Assembly (NCBI GenBank): GCA_964360855.1
Contig: CAYHXV010000003.1
Span: 1 to 62,808, forward strand
Length of the DNA: 62,808 nucleotides
Source: an uncultured Candidatus Saccharibacteria bacterium
GTDB taxonomy: Bacteria; Patescibacteriota; Minisyncoccia; Phycocordibacterales; Phycocordibacteraceae
Reading direction: 5' to 3'
Shown: in pieces, positions 54,600 through 62,808 of the stretch
How positions within the stretch are numbered: the first letter of the stretch is position 1
Layout of the letters: every line of letters starts with the position of its first letter
Notes under the pieces: generated by a model
The model's input: the letters and a program-made list of their open reading frames with translations, nothing else
The model's database searches: none
Told to the model about the DNA's origin: nothing
Position numbers and translations under genes: made by a program

Positions 54600-55580
54600 A
54601 TGGCATTTATCGATGAGCTCCACATACACGCAACTGCCGGTCATGGCGGGGCGGGAGTCGTACGCTGGCTCCACTTAAAGGGTCGCGACAAGGCAGGGCC
54701 TGCAGGAGGAGACGGCGGTAGAGGAGGGGATGTAATCCTTGAAGGAGTGCGTGATTTAGGTGCTCTTGCGCACTACCGGTACGCCAAGAAGTTTCGTGCG
54801 GAGAACGGAGAGTCTGGAGGGGGGAATGATTGCCATGGAGGAGACGGTGAGCATGTGGTGCTCAAGGTACCGGTGGGTTCAGTCGCTACACTTACTACAA
54901 CGGGAGAGGTATACGAGATCTTACAAGAGGGTCAGCGAGAGGTACTCATGCGAGGAGGTATGGGTGGGTGGGGCAACGCTCACTTCAAGGGAGCGGTAAA
55001 TCAGAACCCAGAGCAGTCCACTCCAGGGAAGCCAGGTGCTTCTGGGGATATTCGAATTAGCCTGAAGTTGATTGCTGACGCAGGTTTTATAGGATTCCCA
55101 AATGCAGGGAAGTCTTCTCTACTCAATTCACTCACGAGATCCAAGTCAAAGGTTGGGGCATATCCATTCACCACACTTGATCCTCACCTGGGAGAATTCT
55201 ACGGGTATGTGCTGGCGGACATTCCGGGGCTCATAGAGGGAGCATCCTCAGGCCGAGGACTAGGTTCTCGTTTCCTCAAGCACATAGAAAGAACAGGTTT
55301 GTTAGTGCATCTCGTCTCGGTTGAACAAGAAAACCCTGTTGCAGCCTATAGGGCCATTAGAGAAGAGCTCGCTGCTTTTGGTCGTGGCCTACCTGAGAAG
55401 CCAGAGATTCTAGTGCTTTCCAAGGTGGATATGGTGAGTCCAGAAGAGGCTGAGAAGCTGAGAAAGGACCTCGAGAAGGCTTCTGGGGTCCCTGTGCTCA
55501 CGCTCTCGGTCATTGATGACGAACTGCTGAAGACGTTCTCAGATACCCTTACCAAGCGTCTCCACACCGAAGCGGCATAG
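54600..55580 (+). CDS. obgE: GTPase Obg/CgtA
   Basis: MAFIDE; GGDGGRGG; GFPNAGKSSL; YPFTTLDP; DIPGLIEGAS.GRGLG..FLKHIER. Confidence 0.96.
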   Translation: MAFIDELHIHATAGHGGAGVVRWLHLKGRDKAGPAGGDGGRGGDVILEGVRDLGALAHYRYAKKFRAENGESGGGNDCHGGDGEHVVLKVPVGSVATLTTTGEVYEILQEGQREVLMRGGMGGWGNAHFKGAVNQNPEQSTPGKPGASGDIRISLKLIADAGFIGFPNAGKSSLLNSLTRSKSKVGAYPFTTLDPHLGEFYGYVLADIPGLIEGASSGRGLGSRFLKHIERTGLLVHLVSVEQENPVAAYRAIREELAAFGRGLPEKPEILVLSKVDMVSPEEAEKLRKDLEKASGVPVLTLSVIDDELLKTFSDTLTKRLHTEAA

Positions 55581-55627
55581 AAGTTGGGCACTAGCCCGCA
55601 ACTGGGGGGAGTGCTAGCATGACGATT

Positions 55628-57049
55628 ATGAAAGAGTATCGTCCCACTATTGGTCTTGAGGTGCATGCGGAGTTGACTACACGCACCAAGATGTTTTGCG
55701 ACAGTCCAAATGCACCGCATGCGGCACTGCCTAATACAAATATTTGCCCAGTATGTATGGCGCACCCCGGTACGCTCCCGGTGCCAAACAGAGAGGCGGT
55801 ACACCAGGTGCTCAGAGTGGGTACAGCCCTAGGAGGGACGATAGCCGACTACTCTGAGTTTGATCGCAAGAGTTATTTTTACCCGGACATTCCGAAGGGC
55901 TACCAGATTAGTCAGTATGAGCATCCGTTGGTGACGGGGGGTATTTTGAATGGTGTTGCGATTACTCGGGTGCATTTAGAGGAAGATACCGCACGTTCCT
56001 CTCATGACGCGGGTTCAGGAAAAAGTCTCGTTGATTTTAATCGAGCAGGTGTTCCTTTAATGGAATTAGTTACGGAGCCGGTTATTCACGATGCAGAAAC
56101 TGCAGGGAAGTTTGCACGCGAACTCCAGTTACTTTTGCGCACCCTTGGGGCTTCACACGCTAACTTGGAGAAAGGAGAAATGCGCATAGAAGCTAATATT
56201 TCGGTCTCTACCGATGAGTCGTTTGGTACCAAAGTAGAGGTTAAAAATCTCAACTCCTTTCGTTCAGTGGAGCGAGCGATCGCGTTTGAAGTGGCCCGCC
56301 AAAGCAAGCTTATAGAAGAGGGCGGTGTGGTAACGCAAGAGACGCGAGGATGGGACGAGGGGAAACAATGCACCTTCTCGCAGCGCATAAAGGAGGGAAG
56401 TGCAGACTACCGATATTTCCCTGAACCAGATATCCCAAAAATGGTGCTTTCGGAGATTCCAGAATTTACCCACGAAGCACTTAGTGCAAGCTTGCCGGAA
56501 CTTCCGTGGGAGCGACGCGCACGGTACCTCGAGCTTGGGTTGAAGTCTGAAACGAGTGCGTATCTCGCAGACGGTCTTGCGCGCGGTGAATTCTTTGACA
56601 CGCTAGCAGAGCTTTTGCAGGACACTACACTCATCACACTTGCAGCGAATTATCTTGTGTCTGATGTTGCGGGTTGGTATGCCAAACAGAATGTTACTGA
56701 GTACGAAGGTCTGCGACCACAGACGTTCGCAGAACTTATTCTTCTTACCGGAAGTGGCGCACTGTCTTCTCGAGGGACGAAGGACGTACTACTTGCCATT
56801 CTTGAAGGAGCTGCCGGCACTCCAAAGGAGATAGCAACTAGCAAGGGGCTGATGCAGGTAAACGACCCTGAAGTACTTCGGATACTGGTACAGGAGGTGC
56901 TCAAGGAACAGGCGGACGCGGTGACTGAGTACCGGGCTGGTAAGGAGTCTGCACTGCAGTTCTTGGTTGGGGCTAGTATGAAGGCAAGCAAGGGCGCAGG
57001 GAATCCTGCGACCCTCAGGGGCCTTATCTTGGAGGAATTACGCGGGTAG
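55628..57049 (+). CDS. gatB: Asp/Glu-tRNA amidotransferase subunit B
   Basis: IGLEVH; FDRKSYFYPD.PKGYQISQ; RVHLEED; DFNRAGVPLMELVTEP; EVKNLNSF; DYRYFPEPD; ATG 55628 is 7 nt after TGcTAGCAT. Confidence 0.97.
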   Translation: MKEYRPTIGLEVHAELTTRTKMFCDSPNAPHAALPNTNICPVCMAHPGTLPVPNREAVHQVLRVGTALGGTIADYSEFDRKSYFYPDIPKGYQISQYEHPLVTGGILNGVAITRVHLEEDTARSSHDAGSGKSLVDFNRAGVPLMELVTEPVIHDAETAGKFARELQLLLRTLGASHANLEKGEMRIEANISVSTDESFGTKVEVKNLNSFRSVERAIAFEVARQSKLIEEGGVVTQETRGWDEGKQCTFSQRIKEGSADYRYFPEPDIPKMVLSEIPEFTHEALSASLPELPWERRARYLELGLKSETSAYLADGLARGEFFDTLAELLQDTTLITLAANYLVSDVAGWYAKQNVTEYEGLRPQTFAELILLTGSGALSSRGTKDVLLAILEGAAGTPKEIATSKGLMQVNDPEVLRILVQEVLKEQADAVTEYRAGKESALQFLVGASMKASKGAGNPATLRGLILEELRG

Positions 57050-57125
57050 GTGGCTGTTTTCTTTACGACAAAGAAGTACACAGTCAACTATTCCATCCGA
57101 GCCGAGATAGCCTTATACTGCAGGC

Positions 57126-57914
57126 ATGGATGAACTAACTATTGGAGACAAGGTATACATCTCGTCAAAGGGCGCAGCGAAGCTAACGGGGTATGCGAAG
57201 GACTATATTGGCCAGCTCTGCCGAGAGGGTCGTGTTGAGGCTCGTCTCGTTGGGCGGAACTGGTATGTATTGGAAGCTTCAATACGGGAACATCGGTTCG
57301 GGGAGGAACCAGAGCCTATCAAGGATGAGAAAGAGGTCTTGCCAGTACCAGAGACGGCTGCAACTCCATGGGTTGAACCGGAGTACATTGTTGAAACTCC
57401 AAGCTTCATTCCCGTGCTTTCTCTGAAACCAGAGGTCGTTGAGGAAGTTCAGAGTCCGGTGGTGGCAGACATGCAGTCCGCATGGAATGAGTGGTTTAGT
57501 GGAAAGAGCACCGAACCAAAGGTAGAGGCAATTGAAGAGATTCCAGAGGAAGTCATAAAAGAAGAAGAACCGATCGTTTCGGAAGAGATTTTAGAGGCGC
57601 CTACCGTATTTGAAGAAGAAGAGCCAGTAGAGGAGGAGATACAGTTGCACCGAGTACATGAAGATGAGCCGAAGGAGGTACAGGAGGTAGTTGAGGAGGA
57701 ACCACAGCCTATTTTAGAGGCGCCTCAGCAGGCCAAAAAAAGTTCGCGGCTTGTACTCAAGTCCGTGTTCGCCCTAGTTGCAGTGCTGGCAATGGTTATT
57801 GGCGTTATTGGCACAGGAAGTGTTGAGATAATCACCCACAGCAACACTGCGTCGGTACTACAGCCGTATATAGAATACCTCGAAGGAACGAGTGATTATA
57901 ATAAAGGCTTATAA
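57126..57914 (+). CDS. Membrane-anchored HTH (HTH_17/excisionase-like) protein with Glu-rich linker
   Basis: ISSKGAAKLTGYAKDYIGQLCREGRVEARLVGRNWYV; acidic linker; KKSSR followed by TM helix VFALVAVLAMVIGVIG. Confidence 0.8.
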   Translation: MDELTIGDKVYISSKGAAKLTGYAKDYIGQLCREGRVEARLVGRNWYVLEASIREHRFGEEPEPIKDEKEVLPVPETAATPWVEPEYIVETPSFIPVLSLKPEVVEEVQSPVVADMQSAWNEWFSGKSTEPKVEAIEEIPEEVIKEEEPIVSEEILEAPTVFEEEEPVEEEIQLHRVHEDEPKEVQEVVEEEPQPILEAPQQAKKSSRLVLKSVFALVAVLAMVIGVIGTGSVEIITHSNTASVLQPYIEYLEGTSDYNKGL

Positions 57915-58103
57915 TATATATTTCTCGTCTCGTATAAGCGAGAATAGATTAATGCAGACTGTACAGTAATTGGTATCTAGAGCAAATTCGAGCAAACAAA
58001 AGGCTTAATTTGGGTCATTTTCTAAAGTGGAGAGCGAATACCCATGGGTACTCCTTATTTTTTGCTAGTGGATACAGATCACACACCTGATTCTCTTAGT
58101 TGC

Positions 58104-58129
58104 GTTTACTCCTATATATAGGAGTAAAC
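58104..58129. repeat. Perfect 26-bp palindrome
   Basis: GTTTACTCCTATA|TATAGGAGTAAAC. Confidence 0.9.
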
Positions 58130-58466
58130 AGAGGAAATTTGTACATTTTTTATAATTGACCGACCTACAGCCTATTTTATATGTATATCGTCCGTCCGAC
58201 ATAGACTTACTTACTTTCGTTGTCGTTGCGACACTGCGTAGACTATTTTTCAGAATCTGATCTAAGACAGTGCGCTGTTTTTGTATTTGTAAGTGTTACG
58301 TTGCCCTTCAAAATAGTAATTTCATCTTTATTTTTTTGCAGCTCAGGAATTATTTTTTAATATTTTGTAGTGCAAAAAATATCATATTTTATCCCCACTC
58401 TTTATCTACGTGTTTCCGAAATAACAAGCTAGAATGTAGTTAATTCGGACATCCGACCACTGCACC

Positions 58467-61400
58467 TTGAAACCTCTTCTCGACACAGCACTGATTTCTA
58501 CAAAGGAAGCTTCTGAGCTTTCTGGATACAACGCAGACTACTTGTCGCGACTTTGCCGCGAGAAGAAAATTGAGGGCACGCAGGTTGGACGCACGTGGCT
58601 CGTCTCTCGTTCTTCGCTGGAATCGTTTATTGCGCAACAGATTGTACGCAAGAAAGAAATTGCAGAATCTCTATCACGCACTCGTGGTGATGAATATCGA
58701 AATCCTGTTCAAACGCCAGTTCCTGCACCGAAATTCTCTGTTTTTGTTGAGCATCAGGTTTTTCAGGTGTCAAGTCTTCTCGGGTCTTCACGCCGCTTTG
58801 TTCCTTCGGGGACACTAATGGTGCGTCAGGGAGTTGCGGTACTTCTTACTCTTGCGATTCTTGGGGGAAGTGTCTACGCATCAGAGAGTGGCCTAGTTGC
58901 TCGCGTAGGAAATAAAATTCTTGAAGCCACTACTCGCGCACATACGGTCGTGTTTGATACCGTGCGAGATTCAGAAAACTTGGCAGTTGTTATTCCTGAA
59001 AACGTGTACGGAGAAGTTTCGCCGCTGGTTACTCTGGAACAGGCTGCACGTTTTGTTTCGCAACTAGAGACGGTTCACGAGCCGGTACACATAGTTGAGC
59101 GAGCGAATGATCGTGCGCTGCAGTTCGACAGTCAGGCTCCGGAGTCAGTTAGCTTTGCAGTACTGTACGCGAACACCTCGCGTGTACTTGCGAACCCAGG
59201 AGTGTTGCTTGCAACGATTGGTCATGGAGTACTGAACGCCTATCGTGCTATTGGAGAAGTCGCTGTACGTGATGCAGATGTGTTCGGCACACAGTACCTC
59301 GCGTCACTCACCGGCACGGGAGACGCACTATACACGCTTGGAGTGCAGGTGCGTGACGCAGGTGTTGCAACTCCTGCTGTCCTAGCACGCACACACCGCG
59401 CGCTTGGACAGAGCATAGTGAGCGCGAGTGATCAGGTCGTTGCGCTCTACGTGGCTGGCGTCTACACCTGGGTTGAAGAAACCTCCGCTATTCCGCCTGC
59501 GATTGTTGCGCCAACACTTGCTCTTGGAGACACTTTGCAGACTGCACTTGCATACAGTGTTGTGCACACTCCTATTGCGTATGAGCAGGGGGTCTCTACC
59601 TGGGTGGACAGCTCGTATGCAGTGGCCAGCACCCTCACGGAGGGCCAGCTCGCCGTAGGGACCCGTGCGTCCTCAATTGTTGCGGACACTTTTGCGGCTG
59701 AAGACCGCCTAGTGGCGAGCGCCGTGCAGACCATGCTGGCTAGTGGCCCGGTGTTCCAGGAACTTGCCACTGCACTTTCTCCTGTGCAGGTTGTGTCAAA
59801 CCTTGCACATCGTGCCAGTACTGCCCTTACTCTTTCCGCGTCTCCTTTGGTTGCCCTTACAGGATCGTGGATCCCTGCACCACTACGCACGTTCTCTCAA
59901 GGACTTGCGCAGAGTACCCACACACTATTTGCAAAAATCTTTGGTGCACCACAGCTTGCGGTTATACCGGTGCAGGAAGAGGTTTCAGTTCCCGCTACGT
60001 TGCCGGTCGCGGCGAGTACGCCACGTGCCAGCGCGTATCGTGGACCAACGACGATTGTTCAGAACACGTATCAGCCAACTATTCTTCCGGGTATTACGAG
60101 CGAGTACCTTGAACAACGCTTGGCATCTTGGCGCGGAATCACCACCACCAATGTTATGGATGCTGATTCCTGGAATCGTCCGCAGACAACATTCACGGGA
60201 GCTATCACCGACTCCACCTTTACGGATGGTTCGATCTCCGGAAGCACTCTTGCCGTTGCTACCACCACCATCACCGGCTCACTTTCAGTTGTGGGGAATG
60301 CCAGTATCACCGGAACTCTTTCAACCGGTGCACTCACTGTTTCAGGACTCACTTCATACGGACTTATCGAAGCACCGTACTTCACGGCAACTTCAACTAC
60401 GGCTAACTCAACATTCCCGAACCTGCTTGCCACAAACAGCACGACGACGAACGCAACCACCACCAACCTCTTTGCCACAAACGGAACGTTCACTAATTTC
60501 ACAGGTACGTATGCCACCGTTACCAATGCCACCTCAACCAGTCTGTATTCGTCCGTTGCCCGTTTTGTAACGGGCATCATTGATACGCTCACCGCAACAC
60601 TCGCTACAATCACCACGGCGGTAATTGCAAACCTCACGGCAACGAACTCAACCTTTACGTATGCCACCACCACAAACGCAACCACCACCGGAGCGCTTGC
60701 GCTCACGTTCACTACGCCGTCTCGATTGCTCTTTGTTAACGCAAGTGGGAACGCCACTAGTACTAATCTTTCCTCATGGGTTTCCGGTACCACCAACCAG
60801 GTCACCGTAACGGACAACGCAGCCGGTGGGGTAGTACTCTCCCTGCCAAGCCTGCTCTCACTCACGAACGCTTCCTCCACCGCGCTTTCCGCACTCGACT
60901 TTGTTTCGGTAGGGCGCACCGCAACGAGTACCATTCGGGGTGATGGGGGCACCACCAACCTTGCTGGCATACTCTCGGTGGCAAACTACGCGACTGCTTC
61001 CTACTTCATAGGCACCTCCACGAGCCAGGCCTCAGTACTTCCGTACGCCTCCTCCACTGCGCTTACGGTTTCAGGAGCGCTCTACAATACTGCCCTCACG
61101 GCTACCCGCATCCCGTTTGCGTCTACGGGTGGACTTTTCACTGACTCAGCAAATCTAACCTTTGATTCAGCTTCAGGCAGACTCACCACCATCTTTGCCT
61201 CCACCACCGCTCTCAGCGTTTCTGGTTCGAGCTACTTTGCGACTAGTGGCGGCCGCGTGGGAGTTGGCACCACCACCCCTGCAGTTGCCTTTGATGTGTA
61301 CGCAACAGACGCGGTGCGCTTGCCGGTGGGCACAAGTGCACAGCGCCCAGGGGGAGACATTGGATTCGTCCGCTTTAACACCACCACGCATCAGTTTGAA

Positions 61401-62808
61401 GGATATGGAGACAACAGTGTGTGGCAGGGACTTGGTGGAGTGATTGATGCAGATCAGAATACGTACATCACGGCAGACACCAACAACACGAACGAAGATA
61501 CGCTGCGTTTTGTTACCGCCGGAAGCGAGCGTATGACGATTGCTCCGGGAGGGAATGTGGGAGTTGGTTCCACCTCTCCCTATGCAAAGCTTTCAGTTAA
61601 GGGAGCAGGTACCACCACTGGCGTTAACTTCCAGACGACAAACTCAAGCAACAGCCCACTCTTCAGTATCCTCGACAGTGGCGCTATCTCCACCGTGGGT
61701 GCGATTACCTCAACGGCAACAAGTGCCAACACCTTCCCATATGCTTCCTCCACCGCACTCACGGTCTCCGGTACCGGCTACTTCGGTACCGCCTCCACCA
61801 CCGCACTGAAAGTTTCGGGCGCCACCACCCTCCAGTCTCTTACCCCTTCGCGCCTCCTTAGTCTTGATGGTTCCGGTATTGTGTCTGCAGTCTCCTCACT
61901 CACTAGTTGGATTGCAGGAACCGCAAACCAGATCACCGTTGCGGACGACGGAGACGGCAGCATAACCCTCTCGCTTCCGTCTGCACTCTCGTTCACTGCT
62001 GCAACCTCTACCAATTTCTTTGCAGACCGCCTCACCGCAAACACCTTTGCTGCGGGACAAACAGGAAGCACTACCATCTCAAGTACCGGCGCACTTGCCA
62101 CTCCTTCTCTTACGGTGTCTGGGCTCACCAGTGGGCGAGTGCCGTTTGCCTCAACAGGAGGTTTGCTTCAGGATTCTTCAAAGTTAACCTTCGATAGTAC
62201 CAACGGCACGCTCTCGGTACTTTCTTCAGGTGCTCAGCCAACATTGTACAACTCATCAAACGGTGTTGGAGTTATTTTGCGAGGCATAGCAACCTCGGTA
62301 ACCGGTCAGCTTCGAATCATTGCCAACGGAGGGGCGTGGACTGACTCACAAACAACCACCTACTTCCAAATAACTAACTCAACAAATGAGAATGCAACGT
62401 TCATGGGTGGCTCGTATGGTTCCGATACGCAGCTCAATCGCTTGCAGTTCAATGCCTCATCCACCCAATTTACTGACTATGCATATACCGCAACTCCAAT
62501 ACCAGGTGCACTCTTGGGCGCAATAAACAGCACCGCAAGCAAGGTGGTGGCCGTGTTCCGTGGAGCAAGCTCCCAGTCTGCAGACATCTTCCAGGCACAA
62601 AGCAGTACGGGCAGTGTACTTGTAAACATCACCAGTAGTGGAAACGTCGGAGTGGGTACCACCACTCCCGCAGCTCTGTTCTCCGTTGGCGGTAACGTAA
62701 TCATCGGTGCTTCGTCAGCAGGAGGAACAAATGGCACACTCACCGTATCGGGCACCGGCTACTTCGGTACCGCCTCCACCACCGCACTGAAAGTTTCGGG
62801 CGCCACCA
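58467..62808 (+). CDS. Giant (>1447 aa, 3'-partial) surface/fibre-like protein with N-terminal HTH and TM/signal anchor
   Basis: Translated by hand from TTG 58467 with no stop to the window end (in-frame TAG at 58437 upstream); ISTKEASELSGYNADYLSRLCREKKIEGTQVGRTWLV; VAVLLTLAILGGSVYA; Thr/Ser/Gly-rich beta repeats; several G[RN]VG[VI]G[ST]T[ST]P motifs. Confidence 0.88.
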   Translation, partial: MKPLLDTALISTKEASELSGYNADYLSRLCREKKIEGTQVGRTWLVSRSSLESFIAQQIVRKKEIAESLSRTRGDEYRNPVQTPVPAPKFSVFVEHQVFQVSSLLGSSRRFVPSGTLMVRQGVAVLLTLAILGGSVYASESGLVARVGNKILEATTRAHTVVFDTVRDSENLAVVIPENVYGEVSPLVTLEQAARFVSQLETVHEPVHIVERANDRALQFDSQAPESVSFAVLYANTSRVLANPGVLLATIGHGVLNAYRAIGEVAVRDADVFGTQYLASLTGTGDALYTLGVQVRDAGVATPAVLARTHRALGQSIVSASDQVVALYVAGVYTWVEETSAIPPAIVAPTLALGDTLQTALAYSVVHTPIAYEQGVSTWVDSSYAVASTLTEGQLAVGTRASSIVADTFAAEDRLVASAVQTMLASGPVFQELATALSPVQVVSNLAHRASTALTLSASPLVALTGSWIPAPLRTFSQGLAQSTHTLFAKIFGAPQLAVIPVQEEVSVPATLPVAASTPRASAYRGPTTIVQNTYQPTILPGITSEYLEQRLASWRGITTTNVMDADSWNRPQTTFTGAITDSTFTDGSISGSTLAVATTTITGSLSVVGNASITGTLSTGALTVSGLTSYGLIEAPYFTATSTTANSTFPNLLATNSTTTNATTTNLFATNGTFTNFTGTYATVTNATSTSLYSSVARFVTGIIDTLTATLATITTAVIANLTATNSTFTYATTTNATTTGALALTFTTPSRLLFVNASGNATSTNLSSWVSGTTNQVTVTDNAAGGVVLSLPSLLSLTNASSTALSALDFVSVGRTATSTIRGDGGTTNLAGILSVANYATASYFIGTSTSQASVLPYASSTALTVSGALYNTALTATRIPFASTGGLFTDSANLTFDSASGRLTTIFASTTALSVSGSSYFATSGGRVGVGTTTPAVAFDVYATDAVRLPVGTSAQRPGGDIGFVRFNTTTHQFEGYGDNSVWQGLGGVIDADQNTYITADTNNTNEDTLRFVTAGSERMTIAPGGNVGVGSTSPYAKLSVKGAGTTTGVNFQTTNSSNSPLFSILDSGAISTVGAITSTATSANTFPYASSTALTVSGTGYFGTASTTALKVSGATTLQSLTPSRLLSLDGSGIVSAVSSLTSWIAGTANQITVADDGDGSITLSLPSALSFTAATSTNFFADRLTANTFAAGQTGSTTISSTGALATPSLTVSGLTSGRVPFASTGGLLQDSSKLTFDSTNGTLSVLSSGAQPTLYNSSNGVGVILRGIATSVTGQLRIIANGGAWTDSQTTTYFQITNSTNENATFMGGSYGSDTQLNRLQFNASSTQFTDYAYTATPIPGALLGAINSTASKVVAVFRGASSQSADIFQAQSSTGSVLVNITSSGNVGVGTTTPAALFSVGGNVIIGASSAGGTNGTLTVSGTGYFGTASTTALKVSGAT
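61773..62808 (+). repeat. Exact 55-nt direct repeat (61773-61827 = 62754-62808) inside the giant ORF, ending at the window end
   Basis: ACCGGCTACTTCGGTACCGCCTCCACCACCGCACTGAAAGTTTCGGGCGCCACCA occurs twice, 981 bp (327 codons) apart; encodes TGYFGTASTTALKVSGAT. Confidence 0.9.

Noticed and set aside
54543-54674. Longer N-terminus of the zeta ORF in the track
   Set aside because: Overlaps obgE head-to-head; ATG 54542 has a -10 element 6 nt upstream
59743-60570. 275-aa + strand ORF and the minus-strand ORFs 59462-59890, 60071-60970 and 61778-62128 in the ORF track
   Set aside because: Shadow frames of the giant ORF (58467 to end), which is open throughout and has coherent motifs
1-62808. CRISPR array, rRNA, IS transposase, UGA recoding
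   Set aside because: I saw no spaced direct repeats, rRNA motifs or transposase motifs; TGA terminates well-conserved genes (murD, gmd, rmlB)

Overview
A gene-dense chromosomal segment, almost entirely on the + strand, from a Patescibacteria (CPR) bacterium, most likely Parcubacteria/Paceibacteria. The assignment is inferred from the VirD4-like ATPase, the Ser/Thr-rich exported proteins, the HTH-LAGLIDADG-like ORF beside a tRNA and the compact housekeeping genes; TGA is used as a stop, so code 11 applies. Layout: (i) 0.2-9.5 kb holds an HTH/LAGLIDADG-like ORF whose stop codon lies inside tRNA-Ile(GAU), a PrcB-like protein, murD-murC, a hidden 45-aa sORF, rsmI, a VirD4-like ATPase and an LTD-PKD surface protein. 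(ii) ~9.5-48.4 kb is a ~39-kb surface-glycan locus with many GT4/GT2/GT9 enzymes, a GT4::GT-C fusion, a Gtr-like module with gmd and a DegT aminotransferase, rmlBACD plus a sugar C-methyltransferase, an unusual nonulosonate-like module (FAD-oxidoreductase::NeuB fusion, SDR, SpsF-like cytidylyltransferase, class III aminotransferase), a flippase-like ABC exporter, a B12 radical SAM enzyme and a WaaL/PglL-like TPR protein. (iii) 48.4-57 kb holds murB, a Fic-HTH gene with operator-like repeats, a hidden histone-H1-like gene, secA, a zeta-toxin-like gene with a hidden small partner, obgE and gatB. (iv) 57.1-62.8 kb holds two genes with the same N-terminal HTH tethered to a membrane helix, separated by an AT-rich spacer with a perfect 26-bp palindrome; the second is a >1447-aa surface/fibre-like protein missing from the ORF track because it runs off the window. 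Best candidates for undescribed biology are the membrane-anchored HTH/giant-adhesin pair, a candidate protein-glycosylation system (an A-[ST]-[ST]-T motif shared by exported proteins, with GT-C enzymes nearby), the nonulosonate-like pathway, and pervasive leaderless-type gene starts. All functional calls come from motif recognition by eye; no database searches were run.
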